The position numbers were made by a program, and so were the translations under genes. Positions 13,695 to 23,243 of a stretch of 64,000 nucleotides of DNA are shown here, piece by piece. Source of the DNA: an uncultured Acidobacteriota bacterium (lineage in GTDB: Bacteria > Acidobacteriota > Thermoanaerobaculia > Multivoradales > UBA5704); contig OY969474.1 of assembly GCA_963700145.1 (NCBI GenBank), positions 2,368,001-2,432,000 of the forward strand, given 5' to 3'. Under the pieces are notes generated by a model. That model saw nothing but the letters and a program-made list of their open reading frames with translations. It searched no databases and was not told where the DNA came from. How positions within the stretch are numbered: position 1 is the stretch's first letter; every line of letters starts with the position of its first letter.

Positions 13695-14036
13695 ATGGCC
13701 AACGAAGTCCTCCACCAGCTCCTCCGCGGCACCCTGCACGTGCTGATCCTGCGCACGCTGGCGGGCGGTTCGCTGCACGGCTACGCGATCGCCTCGGCGA
13801 TGGCGGAGCGGAGCGACGACGTCGTCACCCTCGAGGACGGAGCGCTCTACCAGGCGCTCCACCGCATGGAGGAGCGCGGCTGGCTCGACTCGGAGTGGGG
13901 GCACGCCGAGAACGGCAAGCGCGCCCGCTTCTACCGGCTCACGCCGGAGGGGCGGCGCCGCCTCGACCTGGAGACCAGGGGCTGGCTCGAGTACGTGACC
14001 GCGGTACAGAAGATCCTCTCGCCGGCGCCGGCCTGA
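13695..14036 (+). CDS. PadR-family transcriptional regulator (acidobacterial type)
   Basis: LRGTLHVLILRTL..HGYAIA...GALYQALHRMEERGW...RARFYRLT; adjacent to an ADOP permease. Confidence 0.93.
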   Translation: MANEVLHQLLRGTLHVLILRTLAGGSLHGYAIASAMAERSDDVVTLEDGALYQALHRMEERGWLDSEWGHAENGKRARFYRLTPEGRRRLDLETRGWLEYVTAVQKILSPAPA

Positions 14037-14042
14037 CCCGCG

Positions 14043-16712
14043 GTGAGCCCTCGGCCCTTCCGCTTCCTGTCGCGCACGCGGCGCGAGATCGAAGGCGAGG
14101 TGGAGGAGGAGATCCGCTTCCACCTCGCGGCGCTGGCGCGGGCGCTGGAGCGGCAGGGCTGGACGCCCGGGGAGGCGCGCGAGGAGGCGCGGCGGCGGTT
14201 CGGAGACCTGCAGGCGACGCGCGCGGCGTGCGTGGCGAGCGACCTGCGGCGGGAGCGGCAGATGCAACAGCGCGAAACCCTGGACGAGATGGCGCAGGAC
14301 CTCAGGCACTCGGCGCGCGAGCTGCGGCGCCGCCCCCTCTTCACCGCCGCGGCCGTGCTGACGCTGGCCGTCGGCATCGGCGCGACGACGGCCATCTTCA
14401 GCGCCGCGGACCACGTCCTGCTCCGCCCGCTCCCCTACCACGAGCCGGAGCGCGTCGTGACCCTGTGGGAGACCGACCGCGGCGCCGGCGAGCTGAAGAA
14501 GGAGGTGGCCGCCGGCAACTTCGTCTCCTGGCGCGAGCGGAGCGCCAGCTTCGCGGCGCTCGGCCTGGTCGAGCCGTTCGGCTACGACCTGACGGGCGAC
14601 GGCCCGCCGCAGCCGGCCACCGCGTGGCTGGTGACGGACGGCTTCTTCGCGGCGCTCGGCGTCGAGCCGGTCCTCGGGCGGAGCTTCGCGCCCGAGGACT
14701 ACCCCGCCGAGGCGGACCCGGAGGCCCCTCCACGGGCGGTGCTCCTCTCCTATGGGCTGTGGCAGCGCCGCTACGGCGCGGACCCGGCGATCCTCGGCCG
14801 CCAGATCCAGCTCGACGGGCAGGGGGTGCCGATCGTCGGCGTGCTGCCGCCCTGGCTGGAGTATCCGGACGACAGGGACCTCTGGGCCCCCAAGGTCTTC
14901 CCGCCCTTCCAGCTCCAGGAGCGTGCCTCCGGCTACATGCCCGCCGTCGGGCGCCTGCGCCCGGGCGTGACGCGGGCGGCCGCGCAGGCGGAGCTCGACT
15001 CCATCGCCGCGGCCCTGGGCGTCGAGCACCCCGGCACCAACGCCGGCGCCGGCGTCAACCTGGTGCCGCTGCAGGAGCAGGTCCTGGGCGGTGTGCGCCC
15101 CGCCCTGCTGGTGCTGCTGGGCGCCGTGGCCCTGCTGCTCCTCATCGCTTGCGCCAACGTCGCCGGCCTCCTGCTGGCGCGCGGCACGGAGCGGAGCCGG
15201 GAGCTCGGCGTGCGCGCGGCGATCGGCGCGGGACGGGGACGGCTGGCGCGCCAGCTCCTCACCGAGAGCGTCCTCCTCTCCGGCCTGGGCGGCGCGGCCG
15301 GGCTGCTCGTCGCCTTCGGCGGGGTCCGCCTGCTCGCGCGCATCGTGCCGCCTGACCTGCCGCGCGCCGGCGCCATCGCCGTGGACGCGCGCATCCTCGC
15401 CTTCGCGCTGGGGGTCACGCTGCTGACCGCGGTCCTGTGCGGCGTGGGGCCCGCGCTCCGCCTCTCCCGTCCCGACCTCCTCTCGGCGCTCGGCGGCGGC
15501 GGCCGCGGCGCCGGCCCGGGCCCCGCCTCGACCCGGCTCCGCAACGCGCTGGTGGTCACCGAGGTCGCCTTCGCGCTCGTGCTCCTGATCGGCGCCGGGC
15601 TCCTCGGCCGCAGCTTCGTCCGCCTCCTCGACAACGACCTGGGCTTCCGCGCCGAGCGCCGCGCCGCCGTCCAGCTCTTCCTCTGGGACCGCAACCCCAC
15701 CGCCGAGCAGCGCCGGCAGCGGGTGGCGGAGCTCGCGGCGCGCTTCGCGTCGGCGCCGGACGTCGAGGAGGTCGCGGTCGTCTCCGCGCTGCCGCTGCAC
15801 CCGCACCAGATCGACCCCCAGGACGAGCTGATCAGGGAGGACAGGCCGGGACCACGCCCCGGCGAGTCCGCCCTGGTCTACACCACGGTCGCCTCGCCCG
15901 GCTACTTCCGCTTGATGGGGATCCCGCTGCGTGCCGGGCGCGCCTTCGGCGAGCGCGATCGGAGCGACGCGCCGCCGGTCGCGATCGTCAACGAGGCCCT
16001 GGCGCGGCGGTTCTTCCCCGGCGAGGACCCGGTGGGCAAGCGGGTGACCGTCGGCGTCATGGGGCGCCCGCTGAGCCGCGAGATCGTCGGCGTGGTGGCC
16101 AACGTGCGCCCCACCGCGCTCGACAGCGACCCGCGCTCGGAGCTTTACGTCCCCTTCGCGCAGTCGGCGACCGGCGGCGTCACCTTCGTCGTGCGCACGC
16201 GGACGGAGGCGGCGGCGATGCTGCCGGTGCTGCGGGCGCTGGTCTGGCAGGTCGATGCGGACCAGTCGGTGTATCACCTGGCAACCGTCGACCGGCTGCT
16301 GGCGGACACGCTGGTGGCCCGGCGCTTCAACCTGCTGCTGCTGGCGGCCTTCTCGGCGGTGGCGCTGGCGCTGGCCACCCTCGGCATCTACGGGCTGATC
16401 AGCTTCCTGGCGAGCCAGCGCCGACACGAGATCGGCATCCGCATGGCGCTCGGCGCCCGGCGGGGCGACATCGTCGGCATGATCGTGCGCCAGGGTCTCG
16501 GCCTCGGCGTCCCCGGCGTGGCCCTGGGCGTGCTCGGCGCCCTGGCCCTGACGCGCTTCCTGCGTCACCTGCTCTACGGTGTGACGCCGACGGACCCGGT
16601 GGCCTTCGTGGGGCTCAGCGTGCTCCTGCTCATCGTCACCGCGGCCGGCGCCTACCTGCCGGCGCGGCGCGCGGCGGGCGCGGATCCCGGCCGGGTGCTG
16701 CGGCAGGAGTGA
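14043..16712 (+). CDS. ADOP-type duplicated MacB/FtsX ABC permease
   Basis: EEIRFHL N-terminus, TLAVGIGATTAIFS, LLIACANVAGLLLARG and EIGIRMALGA; two permease halves and no ATPase. Confidence 0.93.
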   Translation: MSPRPFRFLSRTRREIEGEVEEEIRFHLAALARALERQGWTPGEAREEARRRFGDLQATRAACVASDLRRERQMQQRETLDEMAQDLRHSARELRRRPLFTAAAVLTLAVGIGATTAIFSAADHVLLRPLPYHEPERVVTLWETDRGAGELKKEVAAGNFVSWRERSASFAALGLVEPFGYDLTGDGPPQPATAWLVTDGFFAALGVEPVLGRSFAPEDYPAEADPEAPPRAVLLSYGLWQRRYGADPAILGRQIQLDGQGVPIVGVLPPWLEYPDDRDLWAPKVFPPFQLQERASGYMPAVGRLRPGVTRAAAQAELDSIAAALGVEHPGTNAGAGVNLVPLQEQVLGGVRPALLVLLGAVALLLLIACANVAGLLLARGTERSRELGVRAAIGAGRGRLARQLLTESVLLSGLGGAAGLLVAFGGVRLLARIVPPDLPRAGAIAVDARILAFALGVTLLTAVLCGVGPALRLSRPDLLSALGGGGRGAGPGPASTRLRNALVVTEVAFALVLLIGAGLLGRSFVRLLDNDLGFRAERRAAVQLFLWDRNPTAEQRRQRVAELAARFASAPDVEEVAVVSALPLHPHQIDPQDELIREDRPGPRPGESALVYTTVASPGYFRLMGIPLRAGRAFGERDRSDAPPVAIVNEALARRFFPGEDPVGKRVTVGVMGRPLSREIVGVVANVRPTALDSDPRSELYVPFAQSATGGVTFVVRTRTEAAAMLPVLRALVWQVDADQSVYHLATVDRLLADTLVARRFNLLLLAAFSAVALALATLGIYGLISFLASQRRHEIGIRMALGARRGDIVGMIVRQGLGLGVPGVALGVLGALALTRFLRHLLYGVTPTDPVAFVGLSVLLLIVTAAGAYLPARRAAGADPGRVLRQE

Positions 16713-16737
16713 GCTTCCGGCGACGGCGGCGGGACGG

Positions 16738-18048
16738 TCAGCGACGCCGCCGGCGCCGCCGCCGACGCCGCGCGCGCTCGACCTCTTCGCTCTCCTCCGC
16801 CTCGCCGCCGGGGGCGGCGGCCCGCCGCAGCGCCGCCGCGCGCCACTGCTCGAGCGCTTCCTCCCCCTCGCCGGTCGCCCGCACCAGCAGCTCGAGGAGC
16901 AGGAGGCTGTCCTCGAAGTGGGGCCGGCGGGTGTAGCGCAGGCGGTCGGGGAGCTTCCAGCGCGGCTCGCAGAGGCGCCAGAAGCCGGTCAGGGCCTGCA
17001 CCACCTGCAGCGCCTTCGCGTTCGAGGCCGGGAAGCGCTTGAAGAAGCCGGAGGCGGTCTCGCGCACCAGGGCCTCGACGGCGGCGCGGGTCAGCGGGCG
17101 CTGGTCGAGGGCCTCGACGTCGTAGCGGCGGAGGAGGACCTGGGGCAAGAGGAGGGCGCCAACGAGGACGGTGTCGGAGAGCTGCCGCTCCTCGCCGACC
17201 AGGGCGTCGATCGAGGGCGGGATCTGCCCGAAGTCGCCGAGCCCGCGCTCCGCCGCCGAGACCATCGCGTAGGCCTCGGGCAGCAGCACCTCCATCAAGC
17301 CCAGCTCGAGCATCCACTGCATCGCCGCGCCGGCGTGGCCGCAGCGCAGGAGCTGGGCGATCTCCTCGGTCAGGCGCGCCGGCGAGGCGCGCTCGAGGTC
17401 GCGGCGGTGGCGGTGGATCGCCTCCTGGGTGGCGGCCTCGATGCCGAAGCCGAGGCGGCCGGCGAACTCGCAGGCGCGGAGCATGCGCACCGGGTCCTCG
17501 CGGAAACGGACGTCGGGGTCGCCGATCGCCCGCACCAGCCGGCTCTGCAGGTCGGGGATGCCGCCGGTGTAATCGACGACGCTGAAGTCGGCGACGTCGT
17601 AGAAGAGCGCGTTGATCGTGAAGTCGCGGCGGAAGGCGTCCTCGCGCGGCGAGCCCCAGAGGTTGTCGCTGGTGATGAGGACGTCGCGCTCCGGCTCCCC
17701 TTCCTCCACCGCCGCCGCCGGCTCGGCGCCGCGGCGGAAGGTCGAGACCTCGACCACCTCGCCGTCGTGGAAGTAGACGTGGACGAGGCGGAAGCGCCGG
17801 CCGATGACCCGCGAGTTGCCGAAGAGCCGGCGCACCTCGTTGGGGCGGGCGTCGGTGCCGACGTCGTAGTCCTTGGGCCGCCGCCCGAGCATCAGGTCGC
17901 GCACGCTCCCCCCCACCAGGTGGGCCTTGTAGCCGGCCGAGTGCAGCCGGTACATGACCTTGAGGGCGTTGCGGCTGATGTTCTTGCGGGAGATCGGGTG
18001 GTCCTGCCGCGGCAAGATCAGCGGCGCCACCCCACTGCGTTCACGCAT
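16738..18048 (-). CDS. pcnB: Poly(A) polymerase I
   Basis: VGGSVRDLMLGRRPKDYD, the PAP signature IGRRFRLVHV, RRDFTINAL, EDPVRMLRA and an Arg-rich C-terminal tail. Confidence 0.88.
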   Translation of the reverse strand: MRERSGVAPLILPRQDHPISRKNISRNALKVMYRLHSAGYKAHLVGGSVRDLMLGRRPKDYDVGTDARPNEVRRLFGNSRVIGRRFRLVHVYFHDGEVVEVSTFRRGAEPAAAVEEGEPERDVLITSDNLWGSPREDAFRRDFTINALFYDVADFSVVDYTGGIPDLQSRLVRAIGDPDVRFREDPVRMLRACEFAGRLGFGIEAATQEAIHRHRRDLERASPARLTEEIAQLLRCGHAGAAMQWMLELGLMEVLLPEAYAMVSAAERGLGDFGQIPPSIDALVGEERQLSDTVLVGALLLPQVLLRRYDVEALDQRPLTRAAVEALVRETASGFFKRFPASNAKALQVVQALTGFWRLCEPRWKLPDRLRYTRRPHFEDSLLLLELLVRATGEGEEALEQWRAAALRRAAAPGGEAEESEEVERARRRRRRRRRR

Positions 18049-18100
18049 CCGGCCGATTGTATAGGAGGCGCCGGGCCCTTTTTCCGTCATACTTACGCCC

Positions 18101-20533
18101 ATGCCCCCGCGTTTCGACCTGGAGCGGCGGACGCTCGAGCTGGCGGTGGCGGACCTGCTGGAGGCGGGGCTGCTGCGCACGCTCGGCTTCTCGCAGCGCG
18201 GCGGCTACGAGCGGCTCTGGCTGGGGCAGGCGATCCACAGCCGCTACCAGGAGCAGGCGCTGGCCGGCGACCCGAGCTACCGCCGCGAGGTGTGCGTCGC
18301 GTGCACCTTCCCGCACCGCGGCTGGGAGGTGACGGTCTCGGGGCGCATCGACGGCCTGCGTCGCGAGCCGGACGGCACGCTGGTCGTCGAGGAGATCAAG
18401 TCGGTGCGCCGCGGCGCCGCGCTGCCGCCGGCGCAGCGCGAGATGTACCAGCGGCAGGCTCTCCTCTACGCCTGGATCGTCGCGCAGTGCGAGGAGGCGC
18501 CGGTGCGCGCCGAGCTGGTGCTCATCTCGATCGGCAGCGACGAGGTGGAGCGCGAGGAGCTGGCGGCCGACCCGCGCGGGCTGGAGCATGCGGTCCACCG
18601 CCGCATCAACGCGCTCATCGCCGCCTACGAGGCCGAAGCCGAGGCCGCGGCGGCGCGGCGCGCGGCGGCGGGCCGGCTCGCCTTCCCCTACCGCGAGCTG
18701 CGCCCGGGGCAGGAGGAGATCCTCGCCGCGGTCTCGACCGCGCTCGCCAACGGCGAGCACGTTCTCCTCCAGGCGGCGACCGGCATCGGCAAGACGGTGG
18801 CGGCGCTCTACCCCGCGCTGCGCTACGCCCTGGAGCACGACAAGCGGCTCTTCGTCCTGACCGCCAAGACCCTGCAGCAGGAGATGGCCGGGACGGTGCT
18901 GCGCCTCCTCAACACCGAGGGCGCCTTCCGCTCGCTCCGCCTGCGCGCCAAGGCCAAGATGTGCGCCAACGAGCAGGTGATCTGCCACGAGGAGTACTGC
19001 CGCTACGCCAAGGACTACGCGCTGAAGCTCCAGGGGAGCGGCCTGGTGCGGCGGCTCCTCGACGAGTACCCGACGCTCGAACCGGACGACGTCTTCCGCG
19101 CCGCGCAGGCGACGGAGGTCTGCCCCTTCGAGGTGAGCCTCGAGCTGCTGGGGCGGGCGCAGGTCACGGTCTGCGACTACAACTACGCCTTCGACCCCTA
19201 CGTCTCGCTCCCCGACTTCGGCCCCGACCGCGACCTCTCGGACGTGGTGCTGGTGATCGACGAGATCCACAACTTGGTGGACCGCGGGCGCGGCTACTAC
19301 AGCCCGGAGCTCTCGGCCGGCGAGGCGCGGCGGGCGGGGGAGATGGTGGGGCGCGGCGGCGAGCCGATCCACTTCGAGATCGAGCGCCTGTGCATGGCGC
19401 TCGCGGCGCTCATCGAGCGCACGGTGGACGATGCCCTCGAGGAGGGCCCGCCGGGGGAGCGCGCGGTCGAGGTGCCGCTCCCCGAGGACCGCCTCTGGAT
19501 GCTGCGCCCGGACCTCGACGCCGCCTTCGTCGATTACCTCGAGCACCAGCGCACGACCCGCACCTTCCGCGCCGACGACCCGTTCGTCGATATCTACTTC
19601 GACGTGCTGCGGTTCCTGAACGGGCTGGTGGTCTCCGACGAGGCTTTCAGCCACTACGTCGAGCGGCGCGGCGGCGACAGCCGCTGGAAGGTGCTGTGCA
19701 AGGACCCGAGCCGCTTCCTGGGCGGGGTCGTCCGCCGGTCGCACGCGACGATCGGCCTGTCGGCGACGCTCTCGCCGCCGCAGTTCTACTTCGACCTCCT
19801 CGGCTTCGAGGCCGGGCGGACGGCGTTCGTCGAGCTGCCCAATCCCTTCCCGGCCGAGAACCGGCGGGTGGTGATCGACTCGACCGTGGCGACGGCGTAC
19901 AAGGAGCGCGAGGCCAACTACGAGCGGCTGGCCGAGCGGCTGGCCGAGTTCGCCGAGGCGGTGCCCGGCAACTGCCTGGCGCTCTTCCCGAGCTACAACT
20001 TCCTGGCCGAGGTGGCGGGGCGGATGCGGCTGCGCGGCAAGCGCGTCCTGGTGCAGCGGCAGGTGGACGGCGACCGCGAGCGCGAGGCGATCCTCGACGC
20101 GTTGCGGCTGGCGGTGCTCGGCGACGTGCTGCTCCTGGCGGTGGCGGGCGGGGTCTTCGCGGAAGGCGTGGACTACCCGGGCGACATGCTGCGCGGCGTG
20201 GCGGTCGTCGGGCCGTGCCTGCCGGCGCTGACGCTCGAGCAGCAGCTCCTCAAGGCCTACTACGAGGAGCGCTTCGAGAAGGGCTTCGAGTACGCTTTCG
20301 TGGTGCCGGGGATGACTCGCGTCGTCCAGGCCGCCGGGCGGCTCATCCGCTCGGCCCACGACACCGGCGTCATCGCCCTTTTCGACCGCCGCTTCCTCCA
20401 CACCCCCTACCGCGACCACCTCCCCGCCGACTGGCTCCCCGGCGAAGGCGCCGGCGCCCTGGTCGGCGAGCCGGGAGCGGTGGCCGAAGAGTTCTTCCGT
20501 GGGCTCGCCACCGCCGAGCGCCGGCGGGCCTAG
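18101..20533 (+). CDS. XPD/DinG-family Fe-S helicase with N-terminal PD-(D/E)XK nuclease domain
   Basis: GRIDG...EEIKS nuclease motif, RPGQ Q-motif, ATGIGKT, four Cys (C..C..C..CPF), DEIH, EGVD and QAAGRLIRS. Confidence 0.9.
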   Translation: MPPRFDLERRTLELAVADLLEAGLLRTLGFSQRGGYERLWLGQAIHSRYQEQALAGDPSYRREVCVACTFPHRGWEVTVSGRIDGLRREPDGTLVVEEIKSVRRGAALPPAQREMYQRQALLYAWIVAQCEEAPVRAELVLISIGSDEVEREELAADPRGLEHAVHRRINALIAAYEAEAEAAAARRAAAGRLAFPYRELRPGQEEILAAVSTALANGEHVLLQAATGIGKTVAALYPALRYALEHDKRLFVLTAKTLQQEMAGTVLRLLNTEGAFRSLRLRAKAKMCANEQVICHEEYCRYAKDYALKLQGSGLVRRLLDEYPTLEPDDVFRAAQATEVCPFEVSLELLGRAQVTVCDYNYAFDPYVSLPDFGPDRDLSDVVLVIDEIHNLVDRGRGYYSPELSAGEARRAGEMVGRGGEPIHFEIERLCMALAALIERTVDDALEEGPPGERAVEVPLPEDRLWMLRPDLDAAFVDYLEHQRTTRTFRADDPFVDIYFDVLRFLNGLVVSDEAFSHYVERRGGDSRWKVLCKDPSRFLGGVVRRSHATIGLSATLSPPQFYFDLLGFEAGRTAFVELPNPFPAENRRVVIDSTVATAYKEREANYERLAERLAEFAEAVPGNCLALFPSYNFLAEVAGRMRLRGKRVLVQRQVDGDREREAILDALRLAVLGDVLLLAVAGGVFAEGVDYPGDMLRGVAVVGPCLPALTLEQQLLKAYYEERFEKGFEYAFVVPGMTRVVQAAGRLIRSAHDTGVIALFDRRFLHTPYRDHLPADWLPGEGAGALVGEPGAVAEEFFRGLATAERRRA

Positions 20534-20536
20534 GGA

Positions 20537-21121
20537 ATGCAGCCCGAAAGCAGAGTGCGGTTGCCGGCGGTCGGCGAGCCGTTCGCCAAGGCGGAGCTCC
20601 TCGGCGAGTTGTGGTCGCTGCACGAGCAGAGCACCGCCTTCTGGGAGTCGTTCGGCGCGGCGGAGTTCTTCGCACCGCTCGGGGATGCCTGGTCGCCGGC
20701 GGACAACGTGCGGCACCTCCTCAAGTCGAACCGGCCGGTGGCGCGGGCGCTCGGGACGGCGCGGGTGGCGCTGGCGCTCCGCTTCGGGGTCGGCTTCCGG
20801 AAGTCGAGGAGCTACGCCGAGATACGGGAGACCTATCGCACGGCGCTGGCGGGCGGGGTGACCGCCGGCCGCTTCGCGCCCCGCCCCGAGCCGGCGGCCG
20901 CCGATCCCGAGGCGGCGCGCCGGGCGCTCATGGAGCAGCGCGAGGCCACCGCCTCCGCGCTCGCATCGGCCCTCGCGCGCTGGGGCGAGGGTGCGCTGGA
21001 CCGGCTCCGGCTGCCGCACCCCGCGCTCGGCAAGCTCACGACCCGCGAGATGCTCTTCTTCACCCTGTACCACAACCTCCACCACGTCCTGAACGTCGCG
21101 CGGCGGACGGGGCACGGCTAG
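20537..21121 (+). CDS. DinB-family protein
   Basis: WSPADNVRHL and HPALGKLTTREMLFFTLYHNLHH. Confidence 0.85.
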   Translation: MQPESRVRLPAVGEPFAKAELLGELWSLHEQSTAFWESFGAAEFFAPLGDAWSPADNVRHLLKSNRPVARALGTARVALALRFGVGFRKSRSYAEIRETYRTALAGGVTAGRFAPRPEPAAADPEAARRALMEQREATASALASALARWGEGALDRLRLPHPALGKLTTREMLFFTLYHNLHHVLNVARRTGHG

Positions 21122-21128
21122 CCTCGCC

Positions 21129-21437
21129 ATGCCGGACTTCTACTCGCTCTTCCTGGCCGCCGCGATCGCGCTCGTGGGGGGTGCGCTCGGGGCGGCGGCG
21201 CTGTTTCGGATCGGGGCGCTGGGGTGGCGCTGGCGGGGGGCGGTGCGGAAGGCGGCGCTCAGCGGCTTGGCGCTCGGCCTCGCGGCGGCGGTCGTCCATC
21301 TGCGGATGGGGCATGAGCCCGGAACTCCGGCGGCGCTCGGCTGGAGCGAGTTCTTCGTCGAGCACCCGGCGCTCCTTGTCGTCGCGGTCGGCGGCCTGCT
21401 GGCCGTCTGGCTCTCGGCCTGGCGGCGAGGGCCGTAG
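21129..21437 (+). CDS. Small hypothetical membrane protein
   Basis: Three hydrophobic segments; co-oriented 7 nt after the DinB gene. Confidence 0.6.
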   Translation: MPDFYSLFLAAAIALVGGALGAAALFRIGALGWRWRGAVRKAALSGLALGLAAAVVHLRMGHEPGTPAALGWSEFFVEHPALLVVAVGGLLAVWLSAWRRGP

Positions 21438-21474
21438 GCGCGGCCGCCCGGCGCCGGCGGGGATGCTGGCAGCC

Positions 21475-21503
21475 GCAAACGTTCGGGCCGGTCCCACCGT
21501 ATA
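21475..21503 (+). promoter_or_regulatory. Putative ECF-sigma promoter
   Basis: GCAAAC-N17-CGTATA matches the general ECF AAC...CGT consensus. Confidence 0.55.
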
Positions 21504-21508
21504 TAGAG

Positions 21509-21582
21509 GTGAACGGACGAGAGACGGAACAGCTCCTTCTCCCGGATCCCTCCTCCACCCCGCCGCGAGGCGGGGTTTTTTT
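21509..21582 (+). ncRNA. Candidate ~75-nt sRNA with anti-Shine-Dalgarno motifs
   Basis: Lies between the ECF-type promoter and an intrinsic terminator; contains CUCCUUCUCCC and CCCUCCUCC. Confidence 0.5.
21557..21582 (+). terminator. Rho-independent terminator
   Basis: ACCCCGCC-GCGA-GGCGGGGT hairpin with a GNRA loop, followed by a T run. Confidence 0.88.
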
Positions 21583-22132
21583 ATGGGCGGAGCGGGCGGC
21601 GCCCAGGCGGGAACCGCCGCCCCTGGCCAGCCCGCAGCCGGCGCACGAACTCCAGGAACAGCCGCTCCTGCTCGCCGTCGAGGACGGCGCGGCTGTCCAC
21701 GACGTTGGCGGCCATCGCCCCCTCCAGCTTGGCGTAGCTGCGGCCGATCTGCTCGACCAGGGCGTCGATCCGCGCCCGGCGCGGCGCGGGGGCGAGGAGC
21801 TCCCGCCGCAGCTCGCGGTGGAGCTCGGCGAGGACGCGGCGCTCCTCGCGGCTGGTCTCGAAGAAGCGGCGCTGGATCTCGAGGAACCGCCGCCGCTCCT
21901 CGCCCTCGAGCCGCATCTCCTCGACCAGCCGCTGGAGGCGCCGCTGCGGCCCGCCGGGTCCCGGGCGCGCCGCCGGGCCGTCGTCGGGCCGCCGGTCGAA
22001 CGCCGGCGGCGGCGGTGCCGGGAGGGGTGCCGCCGTCTCCTCCCGCGCCCGCTGGGTGGCCAGCGTGGCGAGGATGCCGACGTTCACCCCCAGCGACAGC
22101 AGGAGGGCGAGGACCAGCCCCCAGCGCCTCAC
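21581..22132 (-). CDS. Spy/CpxP/ZraP-like periplasmic helical protein
   Basis: LLLSLGVNVGILA membrane anchor, helical body and C-terminal VLDGEQ (LTxxQ-like). Confidence 0.75.
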   Translation of the reverse strand: MRRWGLVLALLLSLGVNVGILATLATQRAREETAAPLPAPPPPAFDRRPDDGPAARPGPGGPQRRLQRLVEEMRLEGEERRRFLEIQRRFFETSREERRVLAELHRELRRELLAPAPRRARIDALVEQIGRSYAKLEGAMAANVVDSRAVLDGEQERLFLEFVRRLRAGQGRRFPPGRRPLRP

Positions 22133-22623
22133 GAGCCCTCCCCGTCCTCACCGGCCAGCGCCGCCAGGTACTCCTCGGCCAGGCTGGGGGCGAGGAAGCC
22201 GTCTTCCTCCTCGCCGGCCAGCGCCGCCTCGACGGCGGCCGCGGTCGCGGTAGGCGTCGGCGGACGCTCCGCCGGCCGCCGCAGGGTGCCGAGGCCGGCG
22301 CCGGCGACGATCCCGGCGGCGAGCGCCGCCGCCCCCGCCGCCCGCACCCAGAGGGGCGCGAGCGCCCAGGAGAGGACGGGCGCCCCCTCGGCCTCGCGCC
22401 GCGCCCTCGCCATCACCTCCCGCACGAAGCCGGCCGGCACCGGCGCACCGGGCGCCGGCTCGGCCGCCCGCCAAGCTGTCTCCAGCCGCCGCCAGGCCGC
22501 GTCCAGCTCCGGCTCGCGCGCCAGCCGCGCGCTCAGCGACGCCGCCCGCTCCGGCGGCAGCTCGCCGGCCAGCAGGCGCACCAAGTCTTCCGTGTCGTGC
22601 CCGCTCATCGCTCGCACCTCCAT
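22129..22623 (-). CDS. Putative membrane-anchored anti-sigma factor
   Basis: N-terminal LLAGELPPERA...L domain and one TM helix; directly downstream of the ECF sigma gene. Confidence 0.7.
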   Translation of the reverse strand: MEVRAMSGHDTEDLVRLLAGELPPERAASLSARLAREPELDAAWRRLETAWRAAEPAPGAPVPAGFVREVMARARREAEGAPVLSWALAPLWVRAAGAAALAAGIVAGAGLGTLRRPAERPPTPTATAAAVEAALAGEEEDGFLAPSLAEEYLAALAGEDGEGS

Positions 22624-22632
22624 TGGAACCAG

Positions 22633-23226
22633 CTACCCCTCCCGATCCTGCGCCGCCGCGAGCCGGCGCATCGCCCGCACCAGGCGGCTCTCGACCGCCC
22701 CTTCCGTGATCCCCAGCACCATTGCCGCCTCGCGGTAGGAGAGCTCCTCGAAGCGCACCAGGACGAGCACCGCTCGCTGCCCCGGGGGCAGCCGCTCGAT
22801 CGCCCGGCGCGTCGCGTGCCAGCGCCGGCGGGCCGCCAGCTCGGCCTCGGGGCCGGCGCGGCCGTCGGCCGGCTCGAGGGGCGGCGCCGAGTCCTCCTCC
22901 ACTCCCTCCCCCAGTCGGATGAAGCGCACGACCCGCCGCCGGCGCAGCAGGTTCAGGCAGTGGTTGACGGCGATGCGGTAGAGCCAGGTGTAGACTTGGC
23001 CGCGCGGGCGGTAGCTCCCCGCCTTGCGGAAGGCTTTGAGGAAGACCTCCTGCGCCGCGTCGCGCGCCTCCTCGACGTCGCCGAGCAGGCGCTCGCAGAG
23101 CCGCAGGAGGCGCTGCTCGTGCCGCGCCACCAGCGGCGCGAAGGCCTCCACCTCGCCGGCGGCCACCCGCCGCAGCAGCTCCCAGCCCGGGTCGGCGGCG
23201 TCCGCGTCGTTGAGCCCCGCAGCCAC
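22633..23226 (-). CDS. ECF RNA polymerase sigma factor
   Basis: Region 2 EARDAAQEVFLKAF...TWLYRIAVNHC and region 4 LSYREAA..LGITEGAVESRL. Confidence 0.93.
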   Translation of the reverse strand: MAAGLNDADAADPGWELLRRVAAGEVEAFAPLVARHEQRLLRLCERLLGDVEEARDAAQEVFLKAFRKAGSYRPRGQVYTWLYRIAVNHCLNLLRRRRVVRFIRLGEGVEEDSAPPLEPADGRAGPEAELAARRRWHATRRAIERLPPGQRAVLVLVRFEELSYREAAMVLGITEGAVESRLVRAMRRLAAAQDREG

Positions 23227-23243
23227 GCGCCGGGTGGAACCCC

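Noticed and set aside
18101-18600. Cas4-like domain as evidence of a CRISPR (type IV DinG) locus
   Set aside because: It is fused to a housekeeping-context helicase next to pcnB, with no array or other cas genes.
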